A DNA stretch of 64,000 nucleotides from an uncultured Bacilli bacterium (GTDB taxonomy: Bacteria; Bacillota_I; Bacilli_A; RFN20; CAG-826), in the NCBI GenBank assembly GCA_934699525.1, contig CAKUWP010000001.1, positions 132,384-196,383 on the forward strand. Direction: 5' to 3'. Shown piece after piece: positions 19,863 through 30,912 of the stretch (within the stretch, counting starts at the first letter, position 1; the number at the start of each line of letters is the position of its first letter). The notes below the pieces were generated by a model that made no database searches, had not been told where the DNA came from, and saw nothing but the letters and a program-made list of their open reading frames with translations. A program made the position numbers and the translations under genes.

Positions 19863-22181
19863 TTAATGACAATAGATCGGAGTCGAATAGACCGTCGCCT
19901 TGCTTTCGGCGCTCCAAGTCCATAGACCGCCAAATTCCATCTTCTCAAAATAAGCAGAGGTCGCAGGCATCCAGGATAAATCCGTGGGTCGATAAGCATT
20001 CGTTTTATTAACAAAGGGGCAAACGCAGATATATACGCCCGAAGATAAATGACGAACTTCAACATATGTCCAGAAGGTTCTATCCGCCATGGAAGGCAAA
20101 CAGAAAGTGCCATCCGAACTAATCGCCATCGTGCTTTGATTATTCACCCCATCGCGGACATAATTTTCCACGCGGCAGAAGAAAGACCGTGAGCTCACTC
20201 CTTCTTGCTTAGTGGTTAGGTCAACAAACATCGTCCCTCCGTTGCCGTTACTTACCTCCATCTTGGTAACGGGCATGCCCAAATAAGTCTCTTCGGTAGC
20301 CACGGGGCTCTTCAAAGCGGAATCGGCGAGTTTTCTCTCGTCTTTAACCACCTTGCAATTGACAAGTTTCTCCCCGCCATAACGGGCAAGATTCAATTTG
20401 CTCGCATCGACGGGAGCAGGCAAATGAACGGTGATATTTTCTACCATTCCGCCCGCAAGATTACCGACGATGGCTGCCACGGGAGCATAATCCTCTTTTG
20501 TCGAATCGAAGGTTTCGGAAACAAAATAGACATCACTGTTTCGAATCGTTCCTCCGTTGATCGTGCTCACCAAGGGGGCGGAAGTTCCATAGGCAAAGCT
20601 GCCTTGATGAGTCCTCACCGTAACATTTTCGATTAAACCACCATCCATGGTTCCAGCAATCCCCGAAATGGATTGATTGCTAAAGGAGGTGGTATATTCG
20701 AGCTCGAGGTTTTTCACCGTTCCCGTCAAGTGAGAGAATAAAACGCCACGGTATCCTTGCATTTCGCTATCACGAAGACCCCATTTCGCGTAAATCCGAT
20801 GGCCATCTCCATTTAAAACACCGGAGAAGGATCCTAGATTCATGCAATACGCAGACATCGATTTGGCGATTTGGATGTCACTCGCCAAGTAATAACGTCC
20901 ATCCGACTTCATGGCCTTGAGTTCTTCTTTGCTGGTGATACGCTTTTCCGAAATGCCATGAACATCGATATTCGTTTCAATCGAAGTCAAAACTTTATCC
21001 CATTCGGCGAAACGCTCTCCTTCTTCCAAGGAAGCAGAGAAGGCCACTTTGGCTTTATCCAGTTCTTCTTGAGGCAAGGCCGTTCCCATCGGGACGCTAA
21101 CCTCATAGACTTTGGTTTCATCGTGGTAGAATGAGACGGTCCGCATATTGATGGAAGCCCCTTCGACGAGGATTTTGAAATCCTTCTTGGGGTTTGGGAG
21201 GCTATACGTTCCATCTTCTGCCCGCGTTAACGGGGTTTTGATTTCATCGACCAGAGAATAAACCGCGAGGTTATTTTCGCAATCGGTATAGTGGTCATCC
21301 ATCATCAAGGAGAACGAGAAATTCTCAACAAAATAGGGAAGGGAATCCTTCTTGTTTTTTATGGCTCCTGGAATATCGCAGACGAATTCCACCGAGCTGA
21401 CGATTACTTCTTCCCCTGATAATTCGATATGGACGGGACGGGTAACGTTTTTCACCGTGTAAGTTTTTCCTTCTTGGAATTCGGTGATTTCATCATTGAG
21501 CAAGAAGAGGAAATCCTTGCCCTTCTTATATCCAGGAGCAAAGGAAAGGGTGAAAGAATAATCTTCGCCGTACGTGACCGCCTCGTCGCCTTGGAATACG
21601 AAATGTTTCGCAGCGAAGTCTTTCTCGATTTTTACCGCGCTTCTAGCAATCCCCTCCGCGGAAATAACGAGATTCCCTTTGATGTTTTTGACGTTAAATA
21701 AACCGTCTTTTTCTTCCAAGGATTTATTCTGTCCGTTTTCTTTAATAGAAATCGAAGTATAGGAATATCCTTCTTCTACCTTGCAGGAAAAGGAATAATC
21801 TTCCCCGTAAGGAACAGAACTTGCTCCCACAAAAGTCACAAAATCCGTTTTGATGAAATCCACCGAAAAAACGATTTTGCTGACGCCTTCTACGGTAATG
21901 AGTAAATCTTCTTGAACGGAGGGAACGGTATAGACGTCCCCGTTCCTTTTTACTTCTTCTCCATTCGCCTTAACCGCGTAAGAAGAGCCGGCTTCATAGC
22001 CTTCGGCAAAGGAGACACGAAAGGAATAGGCATCCCCTTCTTTTGTCTCCTTTTCCCCGTTAATCGTGTATCCTTCTCCGCTAGAAAAGGAAACGAGGAA
22101 GGTCGCGGGGACTTTATTCTCCCCACAGGAAGCAAGTAGCAAGATGCTACTAAGCGAGAGGACTAAAATACTTTTCTTCAT
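19863..22181 (-). CDS. Surface lipoprotein with a beta-helix-like repeat region (772 aa), paralog family A
   Basis: Lipobox LLLASCG; motif FSGVLNGDGHRIYAKWG; GGLIENVTV and GGTIRNS repeats; C-terminal YSTPIYCH tail similar to 31832. Confidence 0.65.
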   Translation of the reverse strand: MKKSILVLSLSSILLLASCGENKVPATFLVSFSSGEGYTINGEKETKEGDAYSFRVSFAEGYEAGSSYAVKANGEEVKRNGDVYTVPSVQEDLLITVEGVSKIVFSVDFIKTDFVTFVGASSVPYGEDYSFSCKVEEGYSYTSISIKENGQNKSLEEKDGLFNVKNIKGNLVISAEGIARSAVKIEKDFAAKHFVFQGDEAVTYGEDYSFTLSFAPGYKKGKDFLFLLNDEITEFQEGKTYTVKNVTRPVHIELSGEEVIVSSVEFVCDIPGAIKNKKDSLPYFVENFSFSLMMDDHYTDCENNLAVYSLVDEIKTPLTRAEDGTYSLPNPKKDFKILVEGASINMRTVSFYHDETKVYEVSVPMGTALPQEELDKAKVAFSASLEEGERFAEWDKVLTSIETNIDVHGISEKRITSKEELKAMKSDGRYYLASDIQIAKSMSAYCMNLGSFSGVLNGDGHRIYAKWGLRDSEMQGYRGVLFSHLTGTVKNLELEYTTSFSNQSISGIAGTMDGGLIENVTVRTHQGSFAYGTSAPLVSTINGGTIRNSDVYFVSETFDSTKEDYAPVAAIVGNLAGGMVENITVHLPAPVDASKLNLARYGGEKLVNCKVVKDERKLADSALKSPVATEETYLGMPVTKMEVSNGNGGTMFVDLTTKQEGVSSRSFFCRVENYVRDGVNNQSTMAISSDGTFCLPSMADRTFWTYVEVRHLSSGVYICVCPFVNKTNAYRPTDLSWMPATSAYFEKMEFGGLWTWSAESKATVYSTPIYCH

Positions 22182-22190
22182 AACCGCTCC

Positions 22191-23567
22191 TTAATGAATG
22201 GTGTTCTTTAATGTCGGGACATCCTTACCATGAAGGTCCCAAACCTCAGGGCTGAGGCAAGAATAAGCGGATACCATGGCATCCATTTCACTGGAAACAA
22301 GATCCACTTTATTCATCTGAAGGGTACCGTAAACATCCCCGGCATTCCCTTGGGTGACCCCTAGCGTATTCGTGGAACAGATAACACTGTTGGACAAGGT
22401 TCCATTCCCCCACCAGAAATATTGGCTTCCGTTGACCGCGGCGCACTTTTGGGCGTTGAAATCCGATCCATCCGCATTCTTCATATTGAGGAAAATGTTG
22501 GAGGCATTATAGACATATCCGCTACAAAATAGCCCTGCTTTATCTAAATCTGCCGCGGGGAAAGTCAAATCCAAATAAAGGTTTTCGAAACGATTGGAAC
22601 GCCTTAATTCATCGGGGATTTCCGGAGCATTGCGGGTAAGAGTGTAACCAAGTCCCGATAAGCGATTTCCCTTTTCCTCTTGGGTGAAGGTCACGTTATC
22701 AAAGCTAAGATTACGAACAACGGCTCCCTGCATGACGCCGAATAAAGATTGGATGTAGACCTTCTTGGAGAAGGTAATGTTCGAAACCGAATGGCCAAAG
22801 CCATTGATTTCAGAACGGAAAGCCTCGTTGAAGCCAGTCATGGCGGAATCGGCGATACCCGTGTATTCGACTCCAGCAAAATCGATGTCCCCGTTTAAAG
22901 CATATCGAGAAGTCCGGTCATTATGGGTAGAAACCATTTGGATCCAGTCATTCGCGGTTTTAAGGTAACGGGTATAGATATCCACACTGACGCGGGTAGT
23001 CACGCCTTCTGTGGAAATCTCAATTTCCGTCTTTCCTTCTTTTAAGGCAGTCACTTTTCCTTTTTCGTCGACGCTCGCCACTTCTTCGTTACCGCTAGAA
23101 TAGGAGAAGGTCGCTGGTTTTTCCACTTCCCCCGAATAGAGTTTTGGTTTTAATTGAACGGAGTTCTTCCCGCTTTCAAGGGTTAACGCTTGGTAAGAGG
23201 GGAGAACGATATCCAAAGTGGCGGAGGATTCTTCGGTGACGGTCACTTCCAAGGTATCGACTTTCGAGCCGACCTTGCCGGTGATCGTCGCTTGGCCTGA
23301 AGTTTTAGCAATCAATAAACCGGAAGAATCCATTTCGGCAACGGAAGGATTCGACGAAACAAAGCTTGCTTTCGAAGAAGCCGTGAATTCGATTTTTTTG
23401 GTTTGTCCTTCTTGAAGAGAAACCGACTTCGTCTTAAAGGAGAAGGTTTCTTCTACCTGAATAGGACCAGTTCCCGAAGAGGAGGAATCATTGGGCGTAG
23501 AAGGGTTATGGCAGGCGCTTAAGGCTAGCAAGGCCGCCGAAAAAAGGAGAATCGTTGGTTTTTTCAT
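22191..23567 (-). CDS. Lipoprotein with Big_2-like Ig domains and a beta-helix-type motif
   Basis: Start refined to MKKPTILLFSAALLALSAC (GGAG upstream); Big_2-like segment SNPSVAEMDSSGLLIAKTSGQATITG; motif INGFGHSVSNITF. Confidence 0.65.
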   Translation of the reverse strand: MKKPTILLFSAALLALSACHNPSTPNDSSSSGTGPIQVEETFSFKTKSVSLQEGQTKKIEFTASSKASFVSSNPSVAEMDSSGLLIAKTSGQATITGKVGSKVDTLEVTVTEESSATLDIVLPSYQALTLESGKNSVQLKPKLYSGEVEKPATFSYSSGNEEVASVDEKGKVTALKEGKTEIEISTEGVTTRVSVDIYTRYLKTANDWIQMVSTHNDRTSRYALNGDIDFAGVEYTGIADSAMTGFNEAFRSEINGFGHSVSNITFSKKVYIQSLFGVMQGAVVRNLSFDNVTFTQEEKGNRLSGLGYTLTRNAPEIPDELRRSNRFENLYLDLTFPAADLDKAGLFCSGYVYNASNIFLNMKNADGSDFNAQKCAAVNGSQYFWWGNGTLSNSVICSTNTLGVTQGNAGDVYGTLQMNKVDLVSSEMDAMVSAYSCLSPEVWDLHGKDVPTLKNTIH

Positions 23568-23572
23568 TGAAA

Positions 23573-25483
23573 TCACGCTCCAAAAATGGAGGTCCTCCAG
23601 GTTTGTAAAGTCGTCGCGATGTCGGTGGATCCTTCCATGGAAGAAACCACTCCGAAATCCACGCATGCGTCGTTGAGCAGACCCCAGTACTGCTCTTTTT
23701 GTTTTTGGGACAATTCGTTCATGTAGAAACGGAAGAGCATGTATAACGGGAAGATTTCTTCCACGCGGATACGCTTGAGTAACGTTTCGTAACGATCGGG
23801 ATCACTCGTCTGCATTCCTTCAATGCTCTTTTCGGCGTCGAATAGCATTTCCAAGAACCGGTCCAAAACCTCATACGGCCAGAATTGGTTGAGATACAGG
23901 TCGGACATGACATAAGCCCCGATTCCTTGGGTCGCGGTGAGGTGAGCAAAATAGGCGCGGAGGGCACGATAATAATCGTAGATTTTCGCTTCGGCCTCCC
24001 CGTAATAATGCTTCATGAAGTCTTTTTCGAGGTCGGCATAGCTTACGTTCAAACTGTATTGGAGCTTGGCTTGGGTGTAGGCGCGCATCGCTTCAAATCC
24101 CGGAATCCCCGACATATAGAAGCTTTGGTCGAGCATCGCGGTTGCCCCCATGTCCGCATAGAATTTGTAATGGTCTTCGTAAACACCATAGTTATTCATC
24201 GGAACAAGATTGGATTTTGCTTGAATCGAATAAGCCCAGATATACATTTCTCCCGGATGTCCCGCGTATTTGAATAAGTCACCCCAGCCCTGGAGTTGCT
24301 TATGTTGAGCGGCGTTTTTCGGGTCGGACATTTTTCTGGAGAAGTCCGCGTCAATGGGGCAATACATGACCATGACGTTGTCGTTGATACGGAAATCGCT
24401 GCTAATAGGAACATAGGAAGAGGTCGCGTCATTCCATTTCGCAGGGGGTTCTTGGCTCGTTTGATAGGCGAAGAAAACATATTTCATGCTTCGCTCGGGA
24501 TAATTCGCGTGAAGCCAGGGATCGAGGATTTCTTGAAGTTTATTGGTGAATTCCAGCTCCTGTCCCCCGTATCCGCCATATTTTTCGCGTTCGGCCACGC
24601 AGGAAGCGCAATAGCACATATCCAAATTGTCCTCGTGACCCATCTGGATATAGGTGGCTTGGGGATTTCCAACAATCGCATTTTTCATCTCTTCTGCCAT
24701 CGCCACAACGACCTCGGGATTGGAATAGCAAACCTGGGTGGCCCCTTCGTTATACCAGTCCGGATGCGCGGCCCCATATTTAGAATAGGGAAGGAATTTG
24801 GTGATCGTCGTATGGGCAAAGGCCGCCCATTTTCCTAATCCCAAATCATGATGAAGACGCATGCGGCGTTCATACAAGGAATTCGTGCTGATGTGCTTCA
24901 AAAGGATTTGACGCATATCGAAGAGAGGATGGAATTCCTTTTGATAGGAAAGGAGGGGGATGCTGCTCACTTCTTTATAATCAATTTCTTCTGCGGTATA
25001 CATCTCCAAGCCGATTTGCTCCTGGAGGAAGTCATAGACGCCGCAATAGACGCCGGACCCTTGGCGGGAATTCAGATAAAGAGATTCTCCTACCGTCTGG
25101 AATGAATACCCAGTTTGGCCTAAATCCTTGGCCAAGGTTAAGCCGCTATCTTCCCAAAGGGTTGTAGAACCCAAAGAGAAGAAATGACCTTCTTTGGAGG
25201 GGAGAGTAACGTCTTTTACAATCGGAAGGGTAACCCCTGTGGAGCGTTCTACAAAATATTGGAGCTCGCTGGAAGCGAATAAGACGTTCGCGTCGGCATC
25301 GCTAGGAACCACGATTTGGTAATCGCTTTTCCCGTCTTGGACAAAGTATTTGCCGGTATCCACCGCCGGGACACCCGAAGAAGTTTTGGAATCTTCGGAG
25401 GTCAAAGGCGGCTGCCCTGCGCAGGAGCAAGCGGAAAGGCAAAGGGTGGATAAGAGAAGAACGAGATTTTTCGATTTGTTCAT
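23573..25483 (-). CDS. Lipoprotein, putative glycan-active enzyme of unknown family (636 aa)
   Basis: Lipobox CLSACSC; large globular protein with a Cys cluster (MCYCASC); family not resolved by eye. Confidence 0.5.
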   Translation of the reverse strand: MNKSKNLVLLLSTLCLSACSCAGQPPLTSEDSKTSSGVPAVDTGKYFVQDGKSDYQIVVPSDADANVLFASSELQYFVERSTGVTLPIVKDVTLPSKEGHFFSLGSTTLWEDSGLTLAKDLGQTGYSFQTVGESLYLNSRQGSGVYCGVYDFLQEQIGLEMYTAEEIDYKEVSSIPLLSYQKEFHPLFDMRQILLKHISTNSLYERRMRLHHDLGLGKWAAFAHTTITKFLPYSKYGAAHPDWYNEGATQVCYSNPEVVVAMAEEMKNAIVGNPQATYIQMGHEDNLDMCYCASCVAEREKYGGYGGQELEFTNKLQEILDPWLHANYPERSMKYVFFAYQTSQEPPAKWNDATSSYVPISSDFRINDNVMVMYCPIDADFSRKMSDPKNAAQHKQLQGWGDLFKYAGHPGEMYIWAYSIQAKSNLVPMNNYGVYEDHYKFYADMGATAMLDQSFYMSGIPGFEAMRAYTQAKLQYSLNVSYADLEKDFMKHYYGEAEAKIYDYYRALRAYFAHLTATQGIGAYVMSDLYLNQFWPYEVLDRFLEMLFDAEKSIEGMQTSDPDRYETLLKRIRVEEIFPLYMLFRFYMNELSQKQKEQYWGLLNDACVDFGVVSSMEGSTDIATTLQTWRTSIFGA

Positions 25484-25500
25484 GATCTTTTTCTCCTTTC

Positions 25501-28500
25501 TTAACGAACCGTGACGACAAAGGAATAGAAATTCACGTTGCCGTTTTCATCGTTCACCATGTAAGTGAAGGTATAGGTTCCTTTTTGTTCGGCCTTCATG
25601 GATTTTTCGTTGACCGAGATGAAGTCTCCGTCGGGAAGTTGGCAATAGAGCAAAACCGTCGCCGTTTCGGGGTTTTGATCCTGAATCTCATAGGTGGGAA
25701 GAACGATTTCTTCTCCTTGCTTCACTTCCGTAGCAAACGAAGAGGTGAATTTTAAGGTTGGGGCGATGGGATCAAAGGCGCCGAAGAAGAAGGAACAGGC
25801 ACTGCTATTGCCCGCGGTATCCTTAAATAGATAGGTGATCTTATAAGAACCGACCTTCTCCATCTTGTAACTGGGGCCAATCTCTTCCACGGTTCCCTTC
25901 TTCAAGACCTCGCCATCGCAAGAAATCGTGACGACCGTGCTTTTGACTTCGTTTAGAACATCATAAGCAAAGACTTTAGGGAATTGGATTTCCGTTCCCA
26001 GGGCGAAACGTCCCGATAAGGCTTGCTCAAAATAGACGTTAGGTCCGATCGAATCTTTACGAACGTTATTGATGATTTGGTTGTTGATGCTGCGGAATAA
26101 GAAGGTTCCCTCGCATTCCGCTTCTACAAACATCCTGATTTTTCCCGAAGCAAAGCCGTTAAAGTCTTCTAATACGGCCACTTGGTTGGATAAGCCGTCG
26201 TAAATCGCGTGCGCGCTCTCCAAATAAGTGAAGCTCGCTTCACCAACGCTCGATTCAAAATAACGGAAGGCTTCTCCTCCGTTGACGGAGCAATAGAGCT
26301 TGCCGCCTAAACGGGTGAAATGGAGGGAAATGGAGCTTGAGAAATCCAAGGAATCGCAAAGCTTGACCGTGTATTCGTCCATCCCTTGGCCATTCCAAGT
26401 CGCGGTGAGTTTCTTCCCAAATAGGCTTGGCAAGAATTCTACGGAGGTTCCTTCTTTCTTCATCGTCGCTTGGACGCCTTCATCGATTGCCTCAATCGTC
26501 GAATTGGAAGAATGGAAATAGGAAGCGAGGAAGCCAATTTTATTCGTCGGTTTGACAATCGGAAGGACTTTCTTCACTTCTTTGGTTCCGTTTTTACCTT
26601 GGAAGGAATAGGTAATCGTTGCTTCTTGAGTGGTGGAAGAAGAAACCGGGACATAGGTATCTTCTAGGGCGATTTCTCTTTGACCGTTTCCGTCTTGGAC
26701 TTTAATCGTGGGAGAAAGGAAGGAAAGCGAGCCGTCTTCTTCGTAAACCGAGGCAACAAAATGAGACAAATCGTAGGAACGTCCTTCGAGTAAGGCGGAA
26801 GGAAGGTAAAGCTTCGATTCGTCGGTAACAGGAAGGGTAGGAATTGAAATATTGGAGATGAATTTGGTGATTTTGGCCTGGTTACCCACATAATCGGTCG
26901 CCAAGAAACGGACCACGTAATTCTTCTTCTTTTCAATTCGGAAGGAGCCGTTTATTACTTCAACTGGATCATTGGCACAGGAAACGGAATAGCGGGTTGT
27001 GATGCCGCCGACTCCGCCTGTAGTAGAAATTGCTGGCAGCCGGATAAGGTCTCCCATGGAGGCAGTCTCCGGAAGAGTGCTACTTAAAGCAATGGACAAA
27101 GACGAAGCGATGGTAACGACTTCCACTTTCTTTTCGGCGCGAGTCAAATTGCCGAAAGCATCTTTCGCTTCGAATACAAGGGTATAGATGCCGCTAGATT
27201 TGGGAACAAAGCCTTCTCCGCCTTCTTGGATTAAGGTGTTGCCCGAATAGACGCTGACTTTCTTAGAAACCACCCTGGATTCATCATCGTTAGCGATAAA
27301 TTCTGGATAACGGTAGGTCTTTCCCACTTCTCCTTTTGGCAAATCGCCTTCGGAAACGTGGATTTGCGGGCCTTTGCTATCGGAGATATAACGGCTGCTC
27401 ATTTCTTCTCCGTCAACGTTAGTAACGAGTAAATCCGCCGTCGAGGAGACACCGGTTGCATAAACCGTCATCTTCACTTTGTTGCTGGTAAAGCCCGTCC
27501 AAGCGGCGTCCCCGCCAGAAAGAGTGGGGTCATTGGTGGAGAAATCACGGACTAACCAGGGCACGCGATTATCTTGGTAGCCTGGAGCCGTGCCGTAATC
27601 CTGCCAATGGTTGGCATATAAGCGGTTGGTGTCGGAATCAAAGAAGAGCTGGAGTTTGGAATTCTCGTAGGTTCTTCCATTTAACGACGAGGTGAAGTCG
27701 CAGGCGGAAATAAACCCACCGTCTTCATGCATTTCGGCATTATCGACGGTTCCAAGGTTCCCCGTATCGAAATTCCAATAATAGCCGGTGAAGGCTTGGC
27801 CCGTGGCTTTGGCGCGAATGCGGGTAAATTGGGGCATGTAGGAAAGATATTTGACGCGGATCGTCACGACGTTAGTGGGGCGATCCATGTCTTGGAGTTC
27901 GACGTAAATCGCTTCTAAATCCGCGGTGCCCGGGTTATGAGGGTCGGTGCGAAGTTCTAGAAGTTTCGTATTATCGTTTAAATTCTTCGCGCTTTCGTCG
28001 AAATGGTTGTCGCTTAAATCCAGGGTCTTGGAATAAACGACTTTCTTGCCATCGTTTAAGGTCAAACGAACCCCACTATAGTTGTCGTTCATCCTGGCAA
28101 CGCCATACTCGGCACTCGCCCCGGTTTGGCAAAGGAAGCGGGACGTGTATTCTTCTTCCAAGATGAAATAGACCGAATGAGACAAAATTTGGCCATCAAT
28201 ATGGGCTTCATAACGGATTTCATAACGCCCGGCTTCGTCTAAAGTCGAAGCAACGTCTCTTCCTTTCCCCGAGGGGAAATAGAGCATGGGTTTGGCTTCC
28301 GCTTCTTGTCCTTTGAAATAGGCTTTGCCCAAACTCGGAGCAAAAGTGGAACCCAAAGACAAAGTAGGGAGTTCAGGGAGAGCAAATCCCACTTGATCCG
28401 CGGTGATGGAAACGACGCGGACATCCTTTAGTGAAGGATTCGTCGGCGAATAATAAGTGACCGTATAATCGCCAAACGCATCAAAACTAAAATCAAATCC

Positions 28501-29706
28501 GCCCTTTCTCCCTTCATATCCCTCCACGGCTTTGCCGTCTTTTTCCATGCGAACTAGCGCTTCTTCTTTTTGCAGCATCAAGGCATTGGATACGATGCTA
28601 GCAGCAGGGAAATGGACAAGAGAATGGAGGCCTTTTTGGCTGGAAACATCCAAATCGTATTTTTCTTCAAAAAGGAATTGCTTAGTTTGGTTTTCTTTCT
28701 TTAAGCATGGGAGGGCATAGAAGTTGGAAGCCCGTTCCGCCCCATCTACATATTCATAATAGATATAGTATTTGCCTTCTTTTGTTGGGGTGAAGGTGCT
28801 TGAGGTCGAAACGACATTCCCCGATTCGTCATAGACTTTCGTGGAAATCTTGGCCGTATCCAAATCCCCGCGATAGAGGGATACCGCACGCCCTTGGGGA
28901 AGGTGGTATTCTTCTCCGACCGTCCCTTTCTTGGTAAACGAGGCGGTTAAAACGGGATGGTCTTCCACGTTTTGGGATAGGTCGTATCCGCCGAAACGAG
29001 TGAGCAGCAAGGAGGCTTTCGAATAGGAGACGACCTGATCGAAACTGAGTTTGACGTTATAAGAGGAAAAATGGCCTAAATCATTTTCTAGACGTTTGCC
29101 ATCATTAAAGGTGGAACTAAAATCCCAAACATTTTGATAGCTGCCGTTGTCCGCCATGATTTTGACGCACATGGAGGCGGGATCAAATTGCATCTTGGTA
29201 AAATGACCCGCGTATTGGGTATATAGGCCAAGGGAGTTATAGCCCGCGGTATATCCACCCGCATCCTCGGCTTTGTTCCAAGGGGTTTGATAATAACGGA
29301 TGCCGCCCTTTACACCATTATATTCCACGTATGCCTCGCTATAGGAAGCATAGGAATTCACCCCGAAACGGAACGACTTCTTCGTCGCTTCATCCTCGAA
29401 TTCCAAGGTGTAATGATTCACCGTTGGGCTGCCAGACTCCTTTACGGCAAGAATGTTTGCGGAAAAAGTACCGGACATGGGGGCTTTGAAACGAGCGGAC
29501 ACGCCGCTATCAAACCCGTAAAGCAATAAACCCGTTTGTTTGGAATCCGGATCAAATTGCTGCGCCTTGGCCTTCATCCCCGCAGAGAGATGGAAGAGCC
29601 CGCCGGCATCTCCGCTTGCAAGCAATGCTTCTTGACCGGGATTTAACCCAATCGAGAGGGGCAAAGCAGCGAGGCCGAGGATGAATAGTCCCTTGTTGTG
29701 CTTCAT
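25501..29706 (-). CDS. Giant secreted multi-domain protein (1401 aa), probably an Ig-like/carbohydrate-binding surface protein
   Basis: Signal peptide with no lipobox Cys; GGGAGG RBS; no LPXTG; repetitive beta-rich domains. Confidence 0.7.
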   Translation of the reverse strand: MKHNKGLFILGLAALPLSIGLNPGQEALLASGDAGGLFHLSAGMKAKAQQFDPDSKQTGLLLYGFDSGVSARFKAPMSGTFSANILAVKESGSPTVNHYTLEFEDEATKKSFRFGVNSYASYSEAYVEYNGVKGGIRYYQTPWNKAEDAGGYTAGYNSLGLYTQYAGHFTKMQFDPASMCVKIMADNGSYQNVWDFSSTFNDGKRLENDLGHFSSYNVKLSFDQVVSYSKASLLLTRFGGYDLSQNVEDHPVLTASFTKKGTVGEEYHLPQGRAVSLYRGDLDTAKISTKVYDESGNVVSTSSTFTPTKEGKYYIYYEYVDGAERASNFYALPCLKKENQTKQFLFEEKYDLDVSSQKGLHSLVHFPAASIVSNALMLQKEEALVRMEKDGKAVEGYEGRKGGFDFSFDAFGDYTVTYYSPTNPSLKDVRVVSITADQVGFALPELPTLSLGSTFAPSLGKAYFKGQEAEAKPMLYFPSGKGRDVASTLDEAGRYEIRYEAHIDGQILSHSVYFILEEEYTSRFLCQTGASAEYGVARMNDNYSGVRLTLNDGKKVVYSKTLDLSDNHFDESAKNLNDNTKLLELRTDPHNPGTADLEAIYVELQDMDRPTNVVTIRVKYLSYMPQFTRIRAKATGQAFTGYYWNFDTGNLGTVDNAEMHEDGGFISACDFTSSLNGRTYENSKLQLFFDSDTNRLYANHWQDYGTAPGYQDNRVPWLVRDFSTNDPTLSGGDAAWTGFTSNKVKMTVYATGVSSTADLLVTNVDGEEMSSRYISDSKGPQIHVSEGDLPKGEVGKTYRYPEFIANDDESRVVSKKVSVYSGNTLIQEGGEGFVPKSSGIYTLVFEAKDAFGNLTRAEKKVEVVTIASSLSIALSSTLPETASMGDLIRLPAISTTGGVGGITTRYSVSCANDPVEVINGSFRIEKKKNYVVRFLATDYVGNQAKITKFISNISIPTLPVTDESKLYLPSALLEGRSYDLSHFVASVYEEDGSLSFLSPTIKVQDGNGQREIALEDTYVPVSSSTTQEATITYSFQGKNGTKEVKKVLPIVKPTNKIGFLASYFHSSNSTIEAIDEGVQATMKKEGTSVEFLPSLFGKKLTATWNGQGMDEYTVKLCDSLDFSSSISLHFTRLGGKLYCSVNGGEAFRYFESSVGEASFTYLESAHAIYDGLSNQVAVLEDFNGFASGKIRMFVEAECEGTFLFRSINNQIINNVRKDSIGPNVYFEQALSGRFALGTEIQFPKVFAYDVLNEVKSTVVTISCDGEVLKKGTVEEIGPSYKMEKVGSYKITYLFKDTAGNSSACSFFFGAFDPIAPTLKFTSSFATEVKQGEEIVLPTYEIQDQNPETATVLLYCQLPDGDFISVNEKSMKAEQKGTYTFTYMVNDENGNVNFYSFVVTVR

Positions 29707-29709
29707 GGT

Positions 29710-30741
29710 TTACCTCCCAGAATAACGGTTTTCTTCTTTTTCAAGTTCGGCAAGAATTTCTTCTACGGTGGTCGTGGCTAACGAGATGTAACGATCGCCA
29801 CATCCATAATAGATATAGAGGGTGTCGTCTTTATTCACCCAACCCGTGGGGAAGACGCATCCCGGATACATCTCGCTGAATTCAAACGAAGTCTCCGGTT
29901 CCATGACGTAATGTTTAGTTTTAGCCAGGATTTTGGAGGGATTATTCAAGTCTAACAACATGAATCCCACGCGGTAAAGATGGTCTTTCTTCGAAACGCC
30001 ATGATAGAGGAATAACCACCCCTTCTCCGTTTTTAGGGGCGGGCAACCCGCGCCGATGCGTTCGGTTTCCCAATCTTCTTGTCCTACGCGATAAAGGAGT
30101 TCAGGTTTGCCCCATTCCATGAGCTCATCGCTATAGGAAATCCAAATGGAGGGGTTGGGGCCATCGCAATAGGGACGCTCGATTTTAACGAACTTCCCAT
30201 TCACCTTTTCGGGGAAAATGACGCAGTCGCGATTGTCATAACGGGAATCCGTGATGCGACCACATTTTTTGTAGGTCTTGAAGTCCCGGGTATAGGCTAA
30301 ATAGGTAACGGTATGCCGTCTTTTCAAGAACGTTGGAGGAATCTCTGGAGCCGGTTCTTTTACGAATTCCTTGGTATAGCGATCCGGTTCGTCTAGCCAA
30401 TAACGACCCACGAAATAGGGTTTGGCCGCATAGGTTAAATAATAGACGTCCCCCATCTTTACTAAACGTGGGTCTTCCGGTCCTGCTCCGTCTTCCCCAT
30501 TGGGATCAGCTTCGAAAATGGGACGATTGGAAGCTCTTTCAAAATGGATGCCGTCCTCAGAAGTCGCTAGGCCTAAGCGCATGACGTGTTGGATGTCATC
30601 GCCAGCCGCGCGATAGACCATGATGAATTTCTTACTTTCTTCGTCATAGACGACCGCGGGATTCAAAACGCAGAAATTGTCCCAAGTAGAATGGGGGTTC
30701 GGAGACAATATCGGATTACCAGGATACTTCTTTAATTTCAT
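29710..30741 (-). CDS. GH130 beta-mannoside phosphorylase (343 aa, no signal peptide)
   Basis: N-terminal YPGNPIL...NPAVVY pattern and C-terminal YYGCGD, typical of GH130; GGAGGAATAA RBS. Confidence 0.8.
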   Translation of the reverse strand: MKLKKYPGNPILSPNPHSTWDNFCVLNPAVVYDEESKKFIMVYRAAGDDIQHVMRLGLATSEDGIHFERASNRPIFEADPNGEDGAGPEDPRLVKMGDVYYLTYAAKPYFVGRYWLDEPDRYTKEFVKEPAPEIPPTFLKRRHTVTYLAYTRDFKTYKKCGRITDSRYDNRDCVIFPEKVNGKFVKIERPYCDGPNPSIWISYSDELMEWGKPELLYRVGQEDWETERIGAGCPPLKTEKGWLFLYHGVSKKDHLYRVGFMLLDLNNPSKILAKTKHYVMEPETSFEFSEMYPGCVFPTGWVNKDDTLYIYYGCGDRYISLATTTVEEILAELEKEENRYSGR

Positions 30742-30912
30742 TTATTCCTCCCAACGCGGAAAGACCGCATTGAATCTAAGCGCTTACATTATCGCCTCCC
30801 CTTCCTAGGAAGCGAAGCCCTTCTTTTTAACTTTTTTATATAGTTTTGTGTCATTTAGGTGCTATATTTTAAAAAAAGGTGTTTGATTTTGTCACAAACC
30901 TGGAGATTGTTT

